The notes under the pieces were generated by a model. That model saw nothing but the letters and a program-made list of their open reading frames with translations, was not told the origin of the DNA and ran no database searches. A program made the translations under genes and the position numbers. From contig JBAXBS010000003.1 of assembly GCA_037141925.1 (NCBI GenBank), positions 77,542-141,541 of the forward strand: DNA of 64,000 bases. The letters are read 5' to 3'. The DNA is from Chitinophagaceae bacterium. GTDB taxonomy: Bacteria > Bacteroidota > Bacteroidia > Chitinophagales > Chitinophagaceae. Position 1 is the stretch's first letter. Each line of letters begins with the position of its first letter. This document shows, in pieces, positions 50,986 to 61,077 of the stretch.

Positions 50986-51843
50986 ATGATTCATTTCATT
51001 TTCAACCCTCATGCAGGGCATCAAAAAAGCACGCAAAAAAGTAAAATCTTACAATTATTGCGCGAAGTTCCCAATAGTTTGGTTTGGATCACTACGCAAC
51101 CTTTGGAAGCCACTCAAATGACTCAAAAAGCCATTGCACAAAAAGCAGAAAAAGTAATTGCAGTAGGAGGTGATGGAACTATCAATGAAGTGGCTTCTGC
51201 TCTAATAGAAACCACCATTCCATTAGGCATTATACCTTTAGGATCCGGAAATGGATTAGCAAGACATTTAGCCATTCCGCTCCACCCTAAAGAGGCTTTA
51301 TATGTCGCCTTACATGGAAAAGAAATCGCTATGGATGTGGGACTTATTAATAATCGACCTTTTTTTTGTACCATGGGGATTGGTTTTGACGCACAAGTAG
51401 CTACTCGATTTTCTAAATCTGCACAAAGAGGCTTTAAAAATTATGTAAAAGCAACTTTAAAAACTTTATTCCATTATCAACCCATCAAAATAAGTTTGAA
51501 TCATGGGCCATTTGAAAAAGTTTTTTCTCTAACAATTGCCAATGCAAATCAGTTTGGGAATAACGCCTATATATCCCCCTACTCTGATGTTCAGGATGCT
51601 CAATTAGAAGTGGTTAAGATAAAACCTTTAAATATTTTTCAAGCAGGTTATATGGCGATCCAACTTTTTTCAAAAATAATTCACACTTCTAAAAATACCA
51701 CTATACAATCTGTCAAATCATTGCATATACAATATGCCTCCAAGCAGCCTTTGCATATTGATGGAGAAGCGCTTTTGACAACCCAGGAAACAATTGAAAT
51801 TACTATGGAACCCTTATCTCTTTTAGTAGTGGTTCCGTCTTAG
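50986..51843 (+). CDS. Diacylglycerol/lipid kinase family protein (YegS/DagK-like)
   Basis: NPHAG, GGDGTINEV, PLGSGNGLAR, HIDGE; TAATTTTG promoter at 50973-50980. Confidence 0.92.
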   Translation: MIHFIFNPHAGHQKSTQKSKILQLLREVPNSLVWITTQPLEATQMTQKAIAQKAEKVIAVGGDGTINEVASALIETTIPLGIIPLGSGNGLARHLAIPLHPKEALYVALHGKEIAMDVGLINNRPFFCTMGIGFDAQVATRFSKSAQRGFKNYVKATLKTLFHYQPIKISLNHGPFEKVFSLTIANANQFGNNAYISPYSDVQDAQLEVVKIKPLNIFQAGYMAIQLFSKIIHTSKNTTIQSVKSLHIQYASKQPLHIDGEALLTTQETIEITMEPLSLLVVVPS

Positions 51844-51844
51844 T

Positions 51845-51892
51845 TTCTTTCTTAGATTCTTTCTTAGATTGTTTATTAGGTTCTTTCTTAGA
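51845..51892. repeat. Intergenic 12-bp tandem repeat, 4 copies
   Basis: TTCTTTCTTAGA x2, a degenerate TTGTTTATTAGG, then TTCTTTCTTAGA. Confidence 0.8.
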
Positions 51893-52000
51893 CTCCTTTT
51901 GTTCGGTTCCATTTTTGTATCACTACAGTCAATTATTCAATTATAAATTACATAAAAGGTGTGGTAATTTATTATGAAGCCATTATCTTTATTACCACCT

Positions 52001-54127
52001 ATGAGAAAAATATATTTTTTAGCTATACTCTTTTTTAGTTTAAACGCCCAAAGCCAAAATAATGGGGAAAAACAAAAAGATACTATTGCAAATAAGTTTG
52101 CGAAATCAAATTCTTTAGAAGACGTCATTGTCACTGCTCAAAAAAAAGAAGAATTAGCACAAAAAATTCCATTGAGTTTAACCGTTTTTTCAAGTAATAC
52201 TATTGAACAATTAAAACTCTGGAACAATAAAGATATTTCAGGACTTGTACCTAATTTATATAGTGCAGACCCAGGTGATCATCGGGATGCCATTAGCATT
52301 CGCGGCATCAGCACCACCTCCTATGACCCTGCTGTCATTACCTATATTGATGGTGTGGCCCAGTTTAATTTAGATACTTATATCCCCACTTTGAATGATA
52401 TTGAACGCATTGAAGTTTTAAGAGGACCTCAAGGAACTTTATATGGACGCAATGCCATGGGAGGAGTGATTCATATTATTACAAAACAACCCAATAATAC
52501 AACCAATGGGTATGCAGAAATCACTCAAGGAAATTTTGGTTTACAAAGAATCATGGGGAGTCTAAAAACTACTTTAGTAAAAAATAAATTATTTTTCGGA
52601 ATTGGCATTTTACAACAACAAAGAAATGGATACTATACTAATACAGTGACCCAAAAAAGTTACGATCAGCAATCTGAATGGACAGGGAATTATTATATAA
52701 AATATCTACCCCTCCCCAATTGGCAAATTTTATGGAATATTAAAAACTATCAAAGTAATAATCAAGGTGCTTTCCCTTTAACTGCTAATGGCACAGAAGA
52801 TGCATTCCAACAACCTTATCTATTAAGTCAAAATGCTGTGACAACTATGAAAGATAACACTTGGAATAGTTCATTACTCATTCAGCATAAAGGCAAACAC
52901 ATTGATTTTACAAGCACCACTGCATATCAACAAAATTATCGTTACTACACAAAGCCAATAGACGGAGATTTCTCCCCTTTAGACGCCATCAGTGTCATTA
53001 ATAATTATGGAAAAAGCTGGAATAACATTAAAGCATTCACACAGGAATTTAAATTAAATTCCTCCCCTAGCATCAACCAAAAAATGAGTTGGACCGCAGG
53101 TGCATTTCTTTTTAATCAAGATGCCCCTTCTAAACAAGCTACTCGATTTGGGAAAGATGCTAACTTGATGATGATTGGAGATTCTTTATTTAGTATCATC
53201 AACGAAACTTCAGTTCAAAAAAAGGGAATAGCATTATTTGGTCAAATAAACTATACTATCCATCCCCAATGGCAGTTGACAATGGGTATAAGAAATGATT
53301 ATGAAAAACAAAATCAAAACGTAGCGGGATATTATCAACATGACCCTAGCCCTAGTTTAATCAATATATTTCCCTCCACAAAAGGAAGTATCCATTTTAA
53401 TTCTTTATCTCCTAAATTAGCAATGAACTATATGATGACTCCGCAAAGTATTATGTATGTTCAATATAGTCAAGGTTATCGAGTAGGTGGTTTATCTCCT
53501 CTTTCTTCCGACCCTTCTCAACCTCCCTTAATTTCATATCTACCAGAACATAGTCACAATTACGAATGGGGAATGAAAAATAGTTGGTTACAAGACAAAA
53601 TAAGACTTCAACTTTCTGCATTTATCACCAATGTAAATGATGCACAAGTGCCCACTTTGTTATTACCTGATGCTATAACCGTGATTCAAAATATTGGCAA
53701 ATTAGAAAGTAAAGGAGTAGAAGTTGAATTGTATGCTGCCCCTACAAAAGGTCTAACACTTAGTTATCATGGAGGTATCACAGATGCTAGTTATTTAAAT
53801 TCTGGAAAACATCCTATTATCACACCACAACATACGCAAGCTATGACGATATATTATAACTATGCAATAACAACTTCCTGTTCTTTCTATATCCAAACTA
53901 GAATGCAATGGATAGGAGATACTTATTTTGACATCAAGAATGAAATTAAGCAAAGTCCTTATTTTGTTCAACATTTTAATATGGGCTGGAATCTAAAAGC
54001 AAACAATATTTCTATTTGGTGTAAAAATATATGGAACCAAAAATATATTGCATACGCATACGATTTTGGAGCCATTCATTTAGGAGATCCAGCCACATTT
54101 GGAATAAGTCTTTCCCGGAAATTTTAA
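52001..54127 (+). CDS. TonB-dependent receptor (siderophore/FyuA-like)
   Basis: Signal peptide from MRKIYF, DVIVTAQK TonB box, IERIEVLRGPQGTLYGRNAMGG plug, C-terminal Phe. Confidence 0.9.
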   Translation: MRKIYFLAILFFSLNAQSQNNGEKQKDTIANKFAKSNSLEDVIVTAQKKEELAQKIPLSLTVFSSNTIEQLKLWNNKDISGLVPNLYSADPGDHRDAISIRGISTTSYDPAVITYIDGVAQFNLDTYIPTLNDIERIEVLRGPQGTLYGRNAMGGVIHIITKQPNNTTNGYAEITQGNFGLQRIMGSLKTTLVKNKLFFGIGILQQQRNGYYTNTVTQKSYDQQSEWTGNYYIKYLPLPNWQILWNIKNYQSNNQGAFPLTANGTEDAFQQPYLLSQNAVTTMKDNTWNSSLLIQHKGKHIDFTSTTAYQQNYRYYTKPIDGDFSPLDAISVINNYGKSWNNIKAFTQEFKLNSSPSINQKMSWTAGAFLFNQDAPSKQATRFGKDANLMMIGDSLFSIINETSVQKKGIALFGQINYTIHPQWQLTMGIRNDYEKQNQNVAGYYQHDPSPSLINIFPSTKGSIHFNSLSPKLAMNYMMTPQSIMYVQYSQGYRVGGLSPLSSDPSQPPLISYLPEHSHNYEWGMKNSWLQDKIRLQLSAFITNVNDAQVPTLLLPDAITVIQNIGKLESKGVEVELYAAPTKGLTLSYHGGITDASYLNSGKHPIITPQHTQAMTIYYNYAITTSCSFYIQTRMQWIGDTYFDIKNEIKQSPYFVQHFNMGWNLKANNISIWCKNIWNQKYIAYAYDFGAIHLGDPATFGISLSRKF

Positions 54128-54175
54128 TAAAATAAAGCAAAAGAAGTAACTTGCTTGTTCAAAATTTAAAACCTT

Positions 54176-55222
54176 ATGATACCTGTTAAATCTTATGCAG
54201 CCACTGCTCCCACTAGCCCTTTAGGGCCTTATGAATTTAATCGCAGAGCGGTGGGTGACAATGATGTACAAATTGAAATTTTATATTGTGGTGTTTGCCA
54301 CAGTGATTTACACCAAGCAAGAGACGAATGGGGAGGTTCTCAATATCCTATGGTACCTGGTCATGAAATTGTAGGAAAAGTAGTTTCAGTAGGTTCTCAT
54401 GTTTCTAAATTTAAAGTAGGTGATATTGCAGGTGTAGGTGTGATGGTAGATAGTTGTAAAACATGTAAAAGTTGTCAAGCCGATTTAGAACAATATTGTT
54501 TAGAAGGATTTGTAGGTACTTATAATAATAAAGAAAGAAACAGTGATGAGATTACTAAAGGGGGTTATTCTACTCAAATTGTAGTGGATGAATATTATAC
54601 TTTTAAAATTTCACCTAATTTAAATTTAGCAGCCGTTGCTCCCTTGCTTTGTGCTGGGATTACGACTTACTCTCCATTAGTGTATGCAGGTGTTAAAAAA
54701 GGAATGAAAGTGGCTGTGATTGGATTAGGAGGATTGGGGCATATGGGTGTCAAATTCGCAGTATCCTTTGGTGCTGAAGTAGCTGTAATTAGCACTTCTC
54801 CTTCCAAAGAAGCAGATGCAAAAAAATTAGGAGCCACTCATTTTATTGTAAGCACGAATGAGGATCAAATGAAACAATACCAAGGTTATTTTGATGTCAT
54901 TTTAGATGCGGTATCTGCCAATCATGATTATACGACTTACTTAAATTTATTAGGAGTAGATGGCAAGTTAATGGTTGTAGGTTTGCCTACGAATCCACCA
55001 CAATTAACTCCATTTTCAATTGTAACCCACCGCAGAAGCGTGATTGGCTCTTGCATTGGAGGGATGAAAGAAACTCAAGAAATGTTAGACTATTGTGCAG
55101 CTCATAATATTGTATCTGAGGTAGAACTAATTCCTATGCAAGAAATTAATAATGCATATGAAAGAATGCTGAAAGGAGATGTCAAATATCGTTTTGTGAT
55201 TGACTTGGCTTCCTTGAAATAA
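54176..55222 (+). CDS. Zn-dependent NADP-linked alcohol dehydrogenase (CAD/YahK-like)
   Basis: CHSD, GHEIVG, CxxCxxC-x7-C, APLLCAGIT, GLGGLG, DVKYRFVID. Confidence 0.95.
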   Translation: MIPVKSYAATAPTSPLGPYEFNRRAVGDNDVQIEILYCGVCHSDLHQARDEWGGSQYPMVPGHEIVGKVVSVGSHVSKFKVGDIAGVGVMVDSCKTCKSCQADLEQYCLEGFVGTYNNKERNSDEITKGGYSTQIVVDEYYTFKISPNLNLAAVAPLLCAGITTYSPLVYAGVKKGMKVAVIGLGGLGHMGVKFAVSFGAEVAVISTSPSKEADAKKLGATHFIVSTNEDQMKQYQGYFDVILDAVSANHDYTTYLNLLGVDGKLMVVGLPTNPPQLTPFSIVTHRRSVIGSCIGGMKETQEMLDYCAAHNIVSEVELIPMQEINNAYERMLKGDVKYRFVIDLASLK

Positions 55223-55248
55223 TAGATTCATTATATAAAAATCTCTTT

Positions 55249-55278
55249 AAAGGCTTCATCACAAATGAAGCCTTTTTT
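55249..55278 (+). terminator. Intrinsic terminator after the alcohol dehydrogenase gene
   Basis: AAAGGCTTCAT-cacaa-ATGAAGCCTTT followed by T residues. Confidence 0.8.
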
Positions 55279-55309
55279 ATGCAATAATTGTTTAGTTTTG
55301 GAACACACC

Positions 55310-57721
55310 ATGAGAAAATTACATTCTTTATTACTATTGATCTTCATCCCTGCATTGACATGGTGTCAAAATGCGCCAATGCATAAAATCACTGGGGTAA
55401 TTTCAGGAAATATACAAGACGGGAAAACAGGCAAAGCGATACAAGGAGCAACTGTTATTTTATATTCGAAGGAAAATAAGAATGTGTTCAAAAATAGTAT
55501 TACCGATAAAAATGGGGAATACATTTTTGACAAAACAAATTTCGGGTATTACCAATTATCCATAAAAATGATTGGTTATGCGCACTATCAGTTAGACAGC
55601 TTATGGTTGAGGTCCGAAAAAGATGAAATTTACTTAAGTGATATTCAATTAAAAGATTCCTCTAATGCATTAAATGAAGTAATCGTCTATGCTGAAAAAA
55701 AATTAATTGAAGAAAAAGATGGTGTATTAACTTATAATGTAGCTGAAAGCCCTCTCAATAATGGATCGAGCACTTCGGATATGCTTAAAAATATCCCCTT
55801 AGTAAATGCGAATCCGGATGGAAGTATTACCGTTAAAGGTAAAGGACCTTTAATATTGATTGACGAAAAGCCCACCAATTTAAATGCACAACAATTAGCA
55901 GATTTACTTGAAAGTTTACCCGCTAATATGGTGGAGAAGGTGGAAGTGATGCAAACTCCTCCTCCAGAATATGCCACTTACGATGGAAGTGTCATTAATA
56001 TTGTGACTAAAAAAGGGAGAGTAGGTTTATACCAGCGATATGCTGCAAGTGCAGGTAGCAGTGGATCTAAGTCCATCAGCTCCCATGTGAATTACAAATC
56101 CAATAGTTTTTCATTTAGCAGTAATTTTAATATAGGCAATAATAAAGCGATAGGAAATTCTTGGTCACATCGGAAAAACACCTACGCCGACTCAGTGAAT
56201 TATTTATATAATGAAAGCTCCTATATTAATAAAAGCATTAACCCCTCTTTACGTTTACAAGCAAGTGTGGATTATAATAAACAAAGTAATTCCGATTTTG
56301 TGTATCAGGGGAACTTAAATTATATTGATAATACCAGCCATACTTTATACAGTAATTTAAACAATCAAATGAAAGTATGGAAAGCCAGTAATCGTAATGT
56401 GAACTATGATGGCAATACCTATAGCCATGGATTGACAGGCTCCTATATGTGGAAATCCAAGACAGGTCTTGAAAAAATTCAAATTTATTCGGGCATCAAT
56501 TTTGGTAAAAACGTAAATAATAAAAGCTTTTACCAACAATACTTACTGAGTGATTTACTCCCGAACGGATTAGATTCCACTCAGAATCAATTGATGGACA
56601 ACTACTCTACTTCTTATTATGTAAGAGGGAACTATACCAAGCCATTCAATAAAAAGGGTAAAACATTATTTACAAGTGGTTTATCTTTTACCGAAAATGA
56701 TTATCATACTATTTTAAATGCCAATTACTTAAATAAATTAGACAGCAGTTTTTACCCTAATGAATTATTAAATAGCGATTTCTTTTTTTATCAAGGAATA
56801 CTAACAGCACGCATGGGGATTGTATTTATATTACCCAAAGGATGGAGAATTACAATCAATGAACAAGGGGAATATACGAATACCCACTTTCGTTTTGTCA
56901 AAGGCAATATCCCTAATTCTACAGCAGACTATTGGAGATTTCTACCCAGCATTACTATCAGAAAAGAATTTAGTAAACAATTCAATACCAGCTTTACTTA
57001 TCGTGAAACTATTCGTCGTCCTGGCATCACCGAACTCAATCCTAATATTGATTATACCGACGTTTACAATATTCGTTTTGGAAATCCCTTTATTCAGCCA
57101 ACACTGACACAAAATTTTGAATTTAATCTTAGTTATAGTCAACCTAAATTCAATGTAAACACCACCTATGGTTACAATAAAATAAATGACGTTTTTAGTT
57201 CGGTACGGACTTTACTCTCTACTGGGAAAACTCAAACTACTTACCAAAATATTTCAGATCAAGACGAATACCATGCTAATATATGGAGCGGTATTAACCT
57301 AAGCACAAAATTCAAATTAAATATTAGTTCGGGCATCAATTATAATAAGTATAGCCCCATTGAAAAATTATTGTATAAATATATTGATGGCAGCTCCTAT
57401 TATGCGGGGTTAAACTATAGCTTTATGCCAAATAATTTAACGATGATAGAAGCAAGTAATAAATACAACAACTTCGCTTCCCCTCAAGGAAAAACAAGAA
57501 GTAATATTAGTATGTCGTTTAGCATACAAAGAAAAATGATGAATAAGCAATTAGTCCTTAACCTTGCCGCCATAGATCCTTTTGGCTTAACCACTTATAC
57601 AGGATATACTGCGGGAAGTAATTTCACCATTGATAGCTATAGCCAAAACAACGTCAAAAATTTTAGATTCACTGTGAGTTATAATTTTAATAAAAATTAT
57701 AGTAAGAAAATAAAGAGGTAG
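55310..57721 (+). CDS. TonB-dependent receptor-like outer-membrane beta-barrel with N-terminal carboxypeptidase-regulatory-like domain
   Basis: Signal peptide; TDKNGEY domain; VEKVEVM..PP..Y...GSVINIVTK plug; RRP...LNP..., GNP barrel motifs. Start set at ATG 55310, after TAGTTTTG (55293-55300). Confidence 0.85.
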   Translation: MRKLHSLLLLIFIPALTWCQNAPMHKITGVISGNIQDGKTGKAIQGATVILYSKENKNVFKNSITDKNGEYIFDKTNFGYYQLSIKMIGYAHYQLDSLWLRSEKDEIYLSDIQLKDSSNALNEVIVYAEKKLIEEKDGVLTYNVAESPLNNGSSTSDMLKNIPLVNANPDGSITVKGKGPLILIDEKPTNLNAQQLADLLESLPANMVEKVEVMQTPPPEYATYDGSVINIVTKKGRVGLYQRYAASAGSSGSKSISSHVNYKSNSFSFSSNFNIGNNKAIGNSWSHRKNTYADSVNYLYNESSYINKSINPSLRLQASVDYNKQSNSDFVYQGNLNYIDNTSHTLYSNLNNQMKVWKASNRNVNYDGNTYSHGLTGSYMWKSKTGLEKIQIYSGINFGKNVNNKSFYQQYLLSDLLPNGLDSTQNQLMDNYSTSYYVRGNYTKPFNKKGKTLFTSGLSFTENDYHTILNANYLNKLDSSFYPNELLNSDFFFYQGILTARMGIVFILPKGWRITINEQGEYTNTHFRFVKGNIPNSTADYWRFLPSITIRKEFSKQFNTSFTYRETIRRPGITELNPNIDYTDVYNIRFGNPFIQPTLTQNFEFNLSYSQPKFNVNTTYGYNKINDVFSSVRTLLSTGKTQTTYQNISDQDEYHANIWSGINLSTKFKLNISSGINYNKYSPIEKLLYKYIDGSSYYAGLNYSFMPNNLTMIEASNKYNNFASPQGKTRSNISMSFSIQRKMMNKQLVLNLAAIDPFGLTTYTGYTAGSNFTIDSYSQNNVKNFRFTVSYNFNKNYSKKIKR

Positions 57722-57752
57722 CGACTGGGACTGAGGCCTTACCCAAAACTTG

Positions 57753-57860
57753 TCCCGATTACTCGGGAGCCTTCCAACAAATCGCTTTGCTCTTTGTTGA
57801 CTTTTTTAAAGCGCATCCGCTCGATCAAGCAAGCTTGTCTCGCGTCTTCGCTTTAAAAAA
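57753..57860. repeat. Stacked palindromic (REP-like) cassette downstream of tRNA-Arg
   Basis: TCCCGA-ttac-TCGGGA (57753-57768); CAACAAA/TTTGTTG (57775-57799); TTTTTTAAAGCG/CGCTTTAAAAAA (57802-57860) with inner CAAGC/GCTTG. Confidence 0.65.
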
Positions 57861-57888
57861 AGCCTTCTCGAATGCTCGAGAAGGCTTT
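57855..57888 (-). terminator. Intrinsic terminator of tRNA-Arg
   Basis: 13-bp perfect stem AAAGCCTTCTCGA/TCGAGAAGGCTTT with a T7 tract on the minus strand. Confidence 0.85.
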
Positions 57889-57889
57889 G

Positions 57890-57961
57890 TAGCCTCGCCG
57901 GGAATCGAACCTGGATTAGGAGCTTCGGAAACTCATGTACTATCCATTGTACTACGAGGCT
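57890..57961 (-). tRNA. tRNA-Arg(CCG), CCA not encoded
   Basis: Acceptor stem AGCCTCG/CGAGGCT, D-arm GTAC..GTAC, anticodon loop TTCCGAA, T-loop GTTCGATTC; TAAGTTTG promoter at 57969-57976. Confidence 0.95.
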
Positions 57962-58004
57962 AGAGGTACAAACTTAAGAAAACTGGTAATAAGAAGAAGG
58001 GAAT

Positions 58005-59207
58005 TTACCGCCGGAATAAGACATGCAAGGCAGCTGGTAAAAATATATTGGCAGGTAAGGAGCGCATGATTTGAATATCCTCCCAAAAAGTGGATGTATT
58101 AGACAAAAATTTAAACACGGTGGCTGCTTCGTTTTTCTCAAATATTTTTTTAAATATAACAGCTCCTGGCATTTTATGATGTTGCAATATATATAAAAGG
58201 ACTGCATCATAAAATTGATGTCTTGAAGTGTGTACTTTAGTAGAAATGTTTTTATTCCTGACTAATTGATGTACAATTTGCTTAGACTGTTGTTGAATAA
58301 ACTGAAAGGCATAACCGGTACTAGCTTTTATAGCAGCGCCTAAAGCTCCAATAGCATATATATTTTCCGCAGGGGATTCAAAATCAAATTGTGTCATGGG
58401 AATGGCTCCTTTTTCCTCATGTATAATCTCAAATGATTGATCTGGATAATTTTTTGATAAATAAGCAGCAATCACTTCGTCATATTCTGTATTGGCTAAA
58501 ATAGTTTCTGAAAATAAAGTGTACTCTACTAATGCTTCTTTTTCATTGAGTGGAAGTAAATACATAAAAGCAGTAGCCTCTTTTTGTGGCACATTAAAAT
58601 CCATCAACCTGGCGATGTTAGGCTTGAAAACAGATTTCTCAAATCTTACCACCTTCCCTTTAAAATGTTGCCATAAAAATGGTTGAATGTTAGGATGGGG
58701 TAAACTATATTTTTGCGCACTCAATAAATCATGCATTTGAAAAGGCAAGATACTCGTAAACACTTTAGATGCATAGACTTGCCCCCCTTCATACTGCACT
58801 ATTGCGCCATTAGTAGAAGATGCTATTTGGCGCACTTTGGCCTGTAACCAACTAACATTTTTAGATTGTTTTGCATTCTCCATAATGAATTGATAGTAAT
58901 CTAACCCTTGTATCATTTTATAGGTAAAAGGTGCAGTCGTGAGTTCTTTCTGGAAGGAAGGAGCTAGAATTGAAATTTTATCCCATGAATTTTTAACCAA
59001 ATGTTCAAACGAACTAGTTGCAGTCTCCCAAAAACACCATGTACGGTCATTTGACTTTTCTAAATTCTGATCAATAACCAATATTTTCTTATCCTGTAAT
59101 GTGGGTGCTTGTAAAATTTGATGCAATACTGAGAGGCCAGCACAGCCAGCTCCTGCAATGATATAATCGTAGGATGGTATACTTGAATCTGTTGGTTGAT
59201 TATCCAT
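58005..59207 (-). CDS. crtY: Lycopene beta-cyclase
   Basis: IAGAGCAG FAD motif, DRTWCFW, LMDF, F.Y.LP, LVEYT, E.GAIPM, KASTGY; in the crt cluster. Confidence 0.88.
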   Translation of the reverse strand: MDNQPTDSSIPSYDYIIAGAGCAGLSVLHQILQAPTLQDKKILVIDQNLEKSNDRTWCFWETATSSFEHLVKNSWDKISILAPSFQKELTTAPFTYKMIQGLDYYQFIMENAKQSKNVSWLQAKVRQIASSTNGAIVQYEGGQVYASKVFTSILPFQMHDLLSAQKYSLPHPNIQPFLWQHFKGKVVRFEKSVFKPNIARLMDFNVPQKEATAFMYLLPLNEKEALVEYTLFSETILANTEYDEVIAAYLSKNYPDQSFEIIHEEKGAIPMTQFDFESPAENIYAIGALGAAIKASTGYAFQFIQQQSKQIVHQLVRNKNISTKVHTSRHQFYDAVLLYILQHHKMPGAVIFKKIFEKNEAATVFKFLSNTSTFWEDIQIMRSLPANIFLPAALHVLFRR

Positions 59208-59670
59208 TTTTTTGTAATTCCTCGTCTCTTCTTACTTTATCCCAATACTTTTTTGAAACATAGAGCATACCAAAACTTTCACTATCCTCTTTTCCTAAAT
59301 TTTTATGATGCATTTTATGCGCCCAACGCAATACTTTAATGTATCTAATATTGGACCTCGTAAACCATTTGATTCTTTGATGAATAATCACTTCATGTAC
59401 TACAAAATAAGCAAAGCCATACATTGCAATCCCTGTTCCTAATCCAGCTAACCAAGGCATTTGGTTAAATGTGCCATAAAAAATACACATCATGCTAGGA
59501 ATGGCAAAAATTAGAAAGAAAGCATCATTTTTTTCTAAAACATGACCAGTAGGTTGATGATGATCTTCATGCAAGTACCACAAAAAACCATGCATCACAT
59601 ATTTATGTGTCAACCAAGTCACCCCTTCCATTGTTAAAAATGTCAATAACATAACTATTATAAAATCCAT
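59200..59670 (-). CDS. crtZ: Beta-carotene hydroxylase
   Basis: His boxes HKYVMHG, HEDHH, HEVIIHQR, HKMHH; EKND. Confidence 0.92.
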   Translation of the reverse strand: MDFIIVMLLTFLTMEGVTWLTHKYVMHGFLWYLHEDHHQPTGHVLEKNDAFFLIFAIPSMMCIFYGTFNQMPWLAGLGTGIAMYGFAYFVVHEVIIHQRIKWFTRSNIRYIKVLRWAHKMHHKNLGKEDSESFGMLYVSKKYWDKVRRDEELQKNG

Positions 59671-59690
59671 AAATAAATATTTATTTAATG

Positions 59691-60212
59691 TTAATTAAAA
59701 TTTGATTCATGCCACTGCGCTACTTTCGGAAAAGCGATCTGGAACCATACTGTATATTTATCAGGATAGGTTTCTAAATTGCTTTTAACTTCCTCTATAG
59801 ATTGATATACAAAGTTACCTACTTCCAAAGGATTAGGCGTCACTTCTCCATCATATTGTCCAATATAAACATGATCAAATTCGTGCTCGCTTAATTCATT
59901 GGGAAGAGCGGCTTTATAAATAAAATCAAAAGCCTTAGAAACAGTTGCTTCAATACCCATTTCCTCTTGTAATCTTCTTGTAACTGCATGGTCTAAAGAC
60001 TCACCTGGTCGAGGATGACTGCAACAAGTATTGGTCCAAAGCCCTGGGCTATGATATTTTGAAAAAGCGCGTTGTTGCAGCAACATTTTACCTTGCTTGT
60101 TAAATAAAAAAACGCTAAAAGCACGATGCAATAAAGCTTGCTTGTGCGCCTCCATTTTTTCCATAATCCCTACTTCACTATCGTTAGTATCTACTAAGAT
60201 GACTTGTTCCAC
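59691..60212 (-). CDS. idi: Isopentenyl-diphosphate delta-isomerase, type 1
   Basis: LHRAFS, WTNTCCSHP, EHEFDH; GTG start. Confidence 0.96.
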   Translation of the reverse strand: MEQVILVDTNDSEVGIMEKMEAHKQALLHRAFSVFLFNKQGKMLLQQRAFSKYHSPGLWTNTCCSHPRPGESLDHAVTRRLQEEMGIEATVSKAFDFIYKAALPNELSEHEFDHVYIGQYDGEVTPNPLEVGNFVYQSIEEVKSNLETYPDKYTVWFQIAFPKVAQWHESNFN

Positions 60213-60226
60213 TATGTTATATTTAT

Positions 60227-61069
60227 TTAAAATAAATTTAATTGACTACGAATACTTGCTTTCGCTAAAATAAAAAGCTTCCCATAATCCGGTATTCTGA
60301 TTCTTGTTTTTAGTATAGACTGAGGCTGTACTTTCTTTATTTTTTTAAATAAAGAATAGTAATATTTAAAAGCCACATACACCCCAAATCGAGCTTTTAA
60401 GGGCAAATGCTTAATGCCATGTAGCGCTTTTGAAAAATCATTTTGAATATCTTCCTCAATTTGTAATTTATCCTCTTGGGTGAACTTCGTAAAATCACAA
60501 TCGGGGAAATACATACGTTCTAAACCTTCAAAGTCTGCTTTGATATCTCTTAAAAAATTAACTTTTTGAAAAGCAGCTCCCAAACTTCGAGCGGCTGGCT
60601 TTAACTCTTCAAATTGTTCTTGGTTGCCTTCACAAAATATATATAAACACATTAATCCTACCACTTCAGCACTTCCATAAATGTAATCGTTATATGTCTT
60701 TTGATCATATTCGTGTTTAGATAAATCCATTTCCATACTTACTAAAAATGCTTCTAATAAAGCAGGATCAATTTTATATTTATGATAGGTAAGTTGAAAA
60801 CGATGTAGAATGGGATTCATACTTATCTTTTGATCCAAAGCTTGATAAGTATCAATTTTAAATTGATTGAATAATGCTACTTTATCGTAATCATGAAAAG
60901 TATCCACAATTTCATCTGCAAAACGAACAAAGCCATAAATATCAAAAATAGGTTGACGCAAATCCTTATGCAATAATTTTATAGCAGAGGAAAAGCTAGA
61001 ACTGTATAATAAAGTAGTGTACTTACTACTATATGCAGCTACCTCATCATATAATTTTAGGGTTGACAT
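60227..61069 (-). CDS. crtB: Phytoene synthase
   Basis: YGFVRFADEIVD, YIYGSAEVVGLMC, AFQKVNFLRD. Confidence 0.96.
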   Translation of the reverse strand: MSTLKLYDEVAAYSSKYTTLLYSSSFSSAIKLLHKDLRQPIFDIYGFVRFADEIVDTFHDYDKVALFNQFKIDTYQALDQKISMNPILHRFQLTYHKYKIDPALLEAFLVSMEMDLSKHEYDQKTYNDYIYGSAEVVGLMCLYIFCEGNQEQFEELKPAARSLGAAFQKVNFLRDIKADFEGLERMYFPDCDFTKFTQEDKLQIEEDIQNDFSKALHGIKHLPLKARFGVYVAFKYYYSLFKKIKKVQPQSILKTRIRIPDYGKLFILAKASIRSQLNLF

Positions 61070-61077
61070 AATTCAAT

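Noticed and set aside
50358-57721. Genomic island integrated at tRNA-Arg
   Set aside because: There is no integrase, no clear duplicated att site and no visible compositional shift; the genes are ordinary Bacteroidota types.
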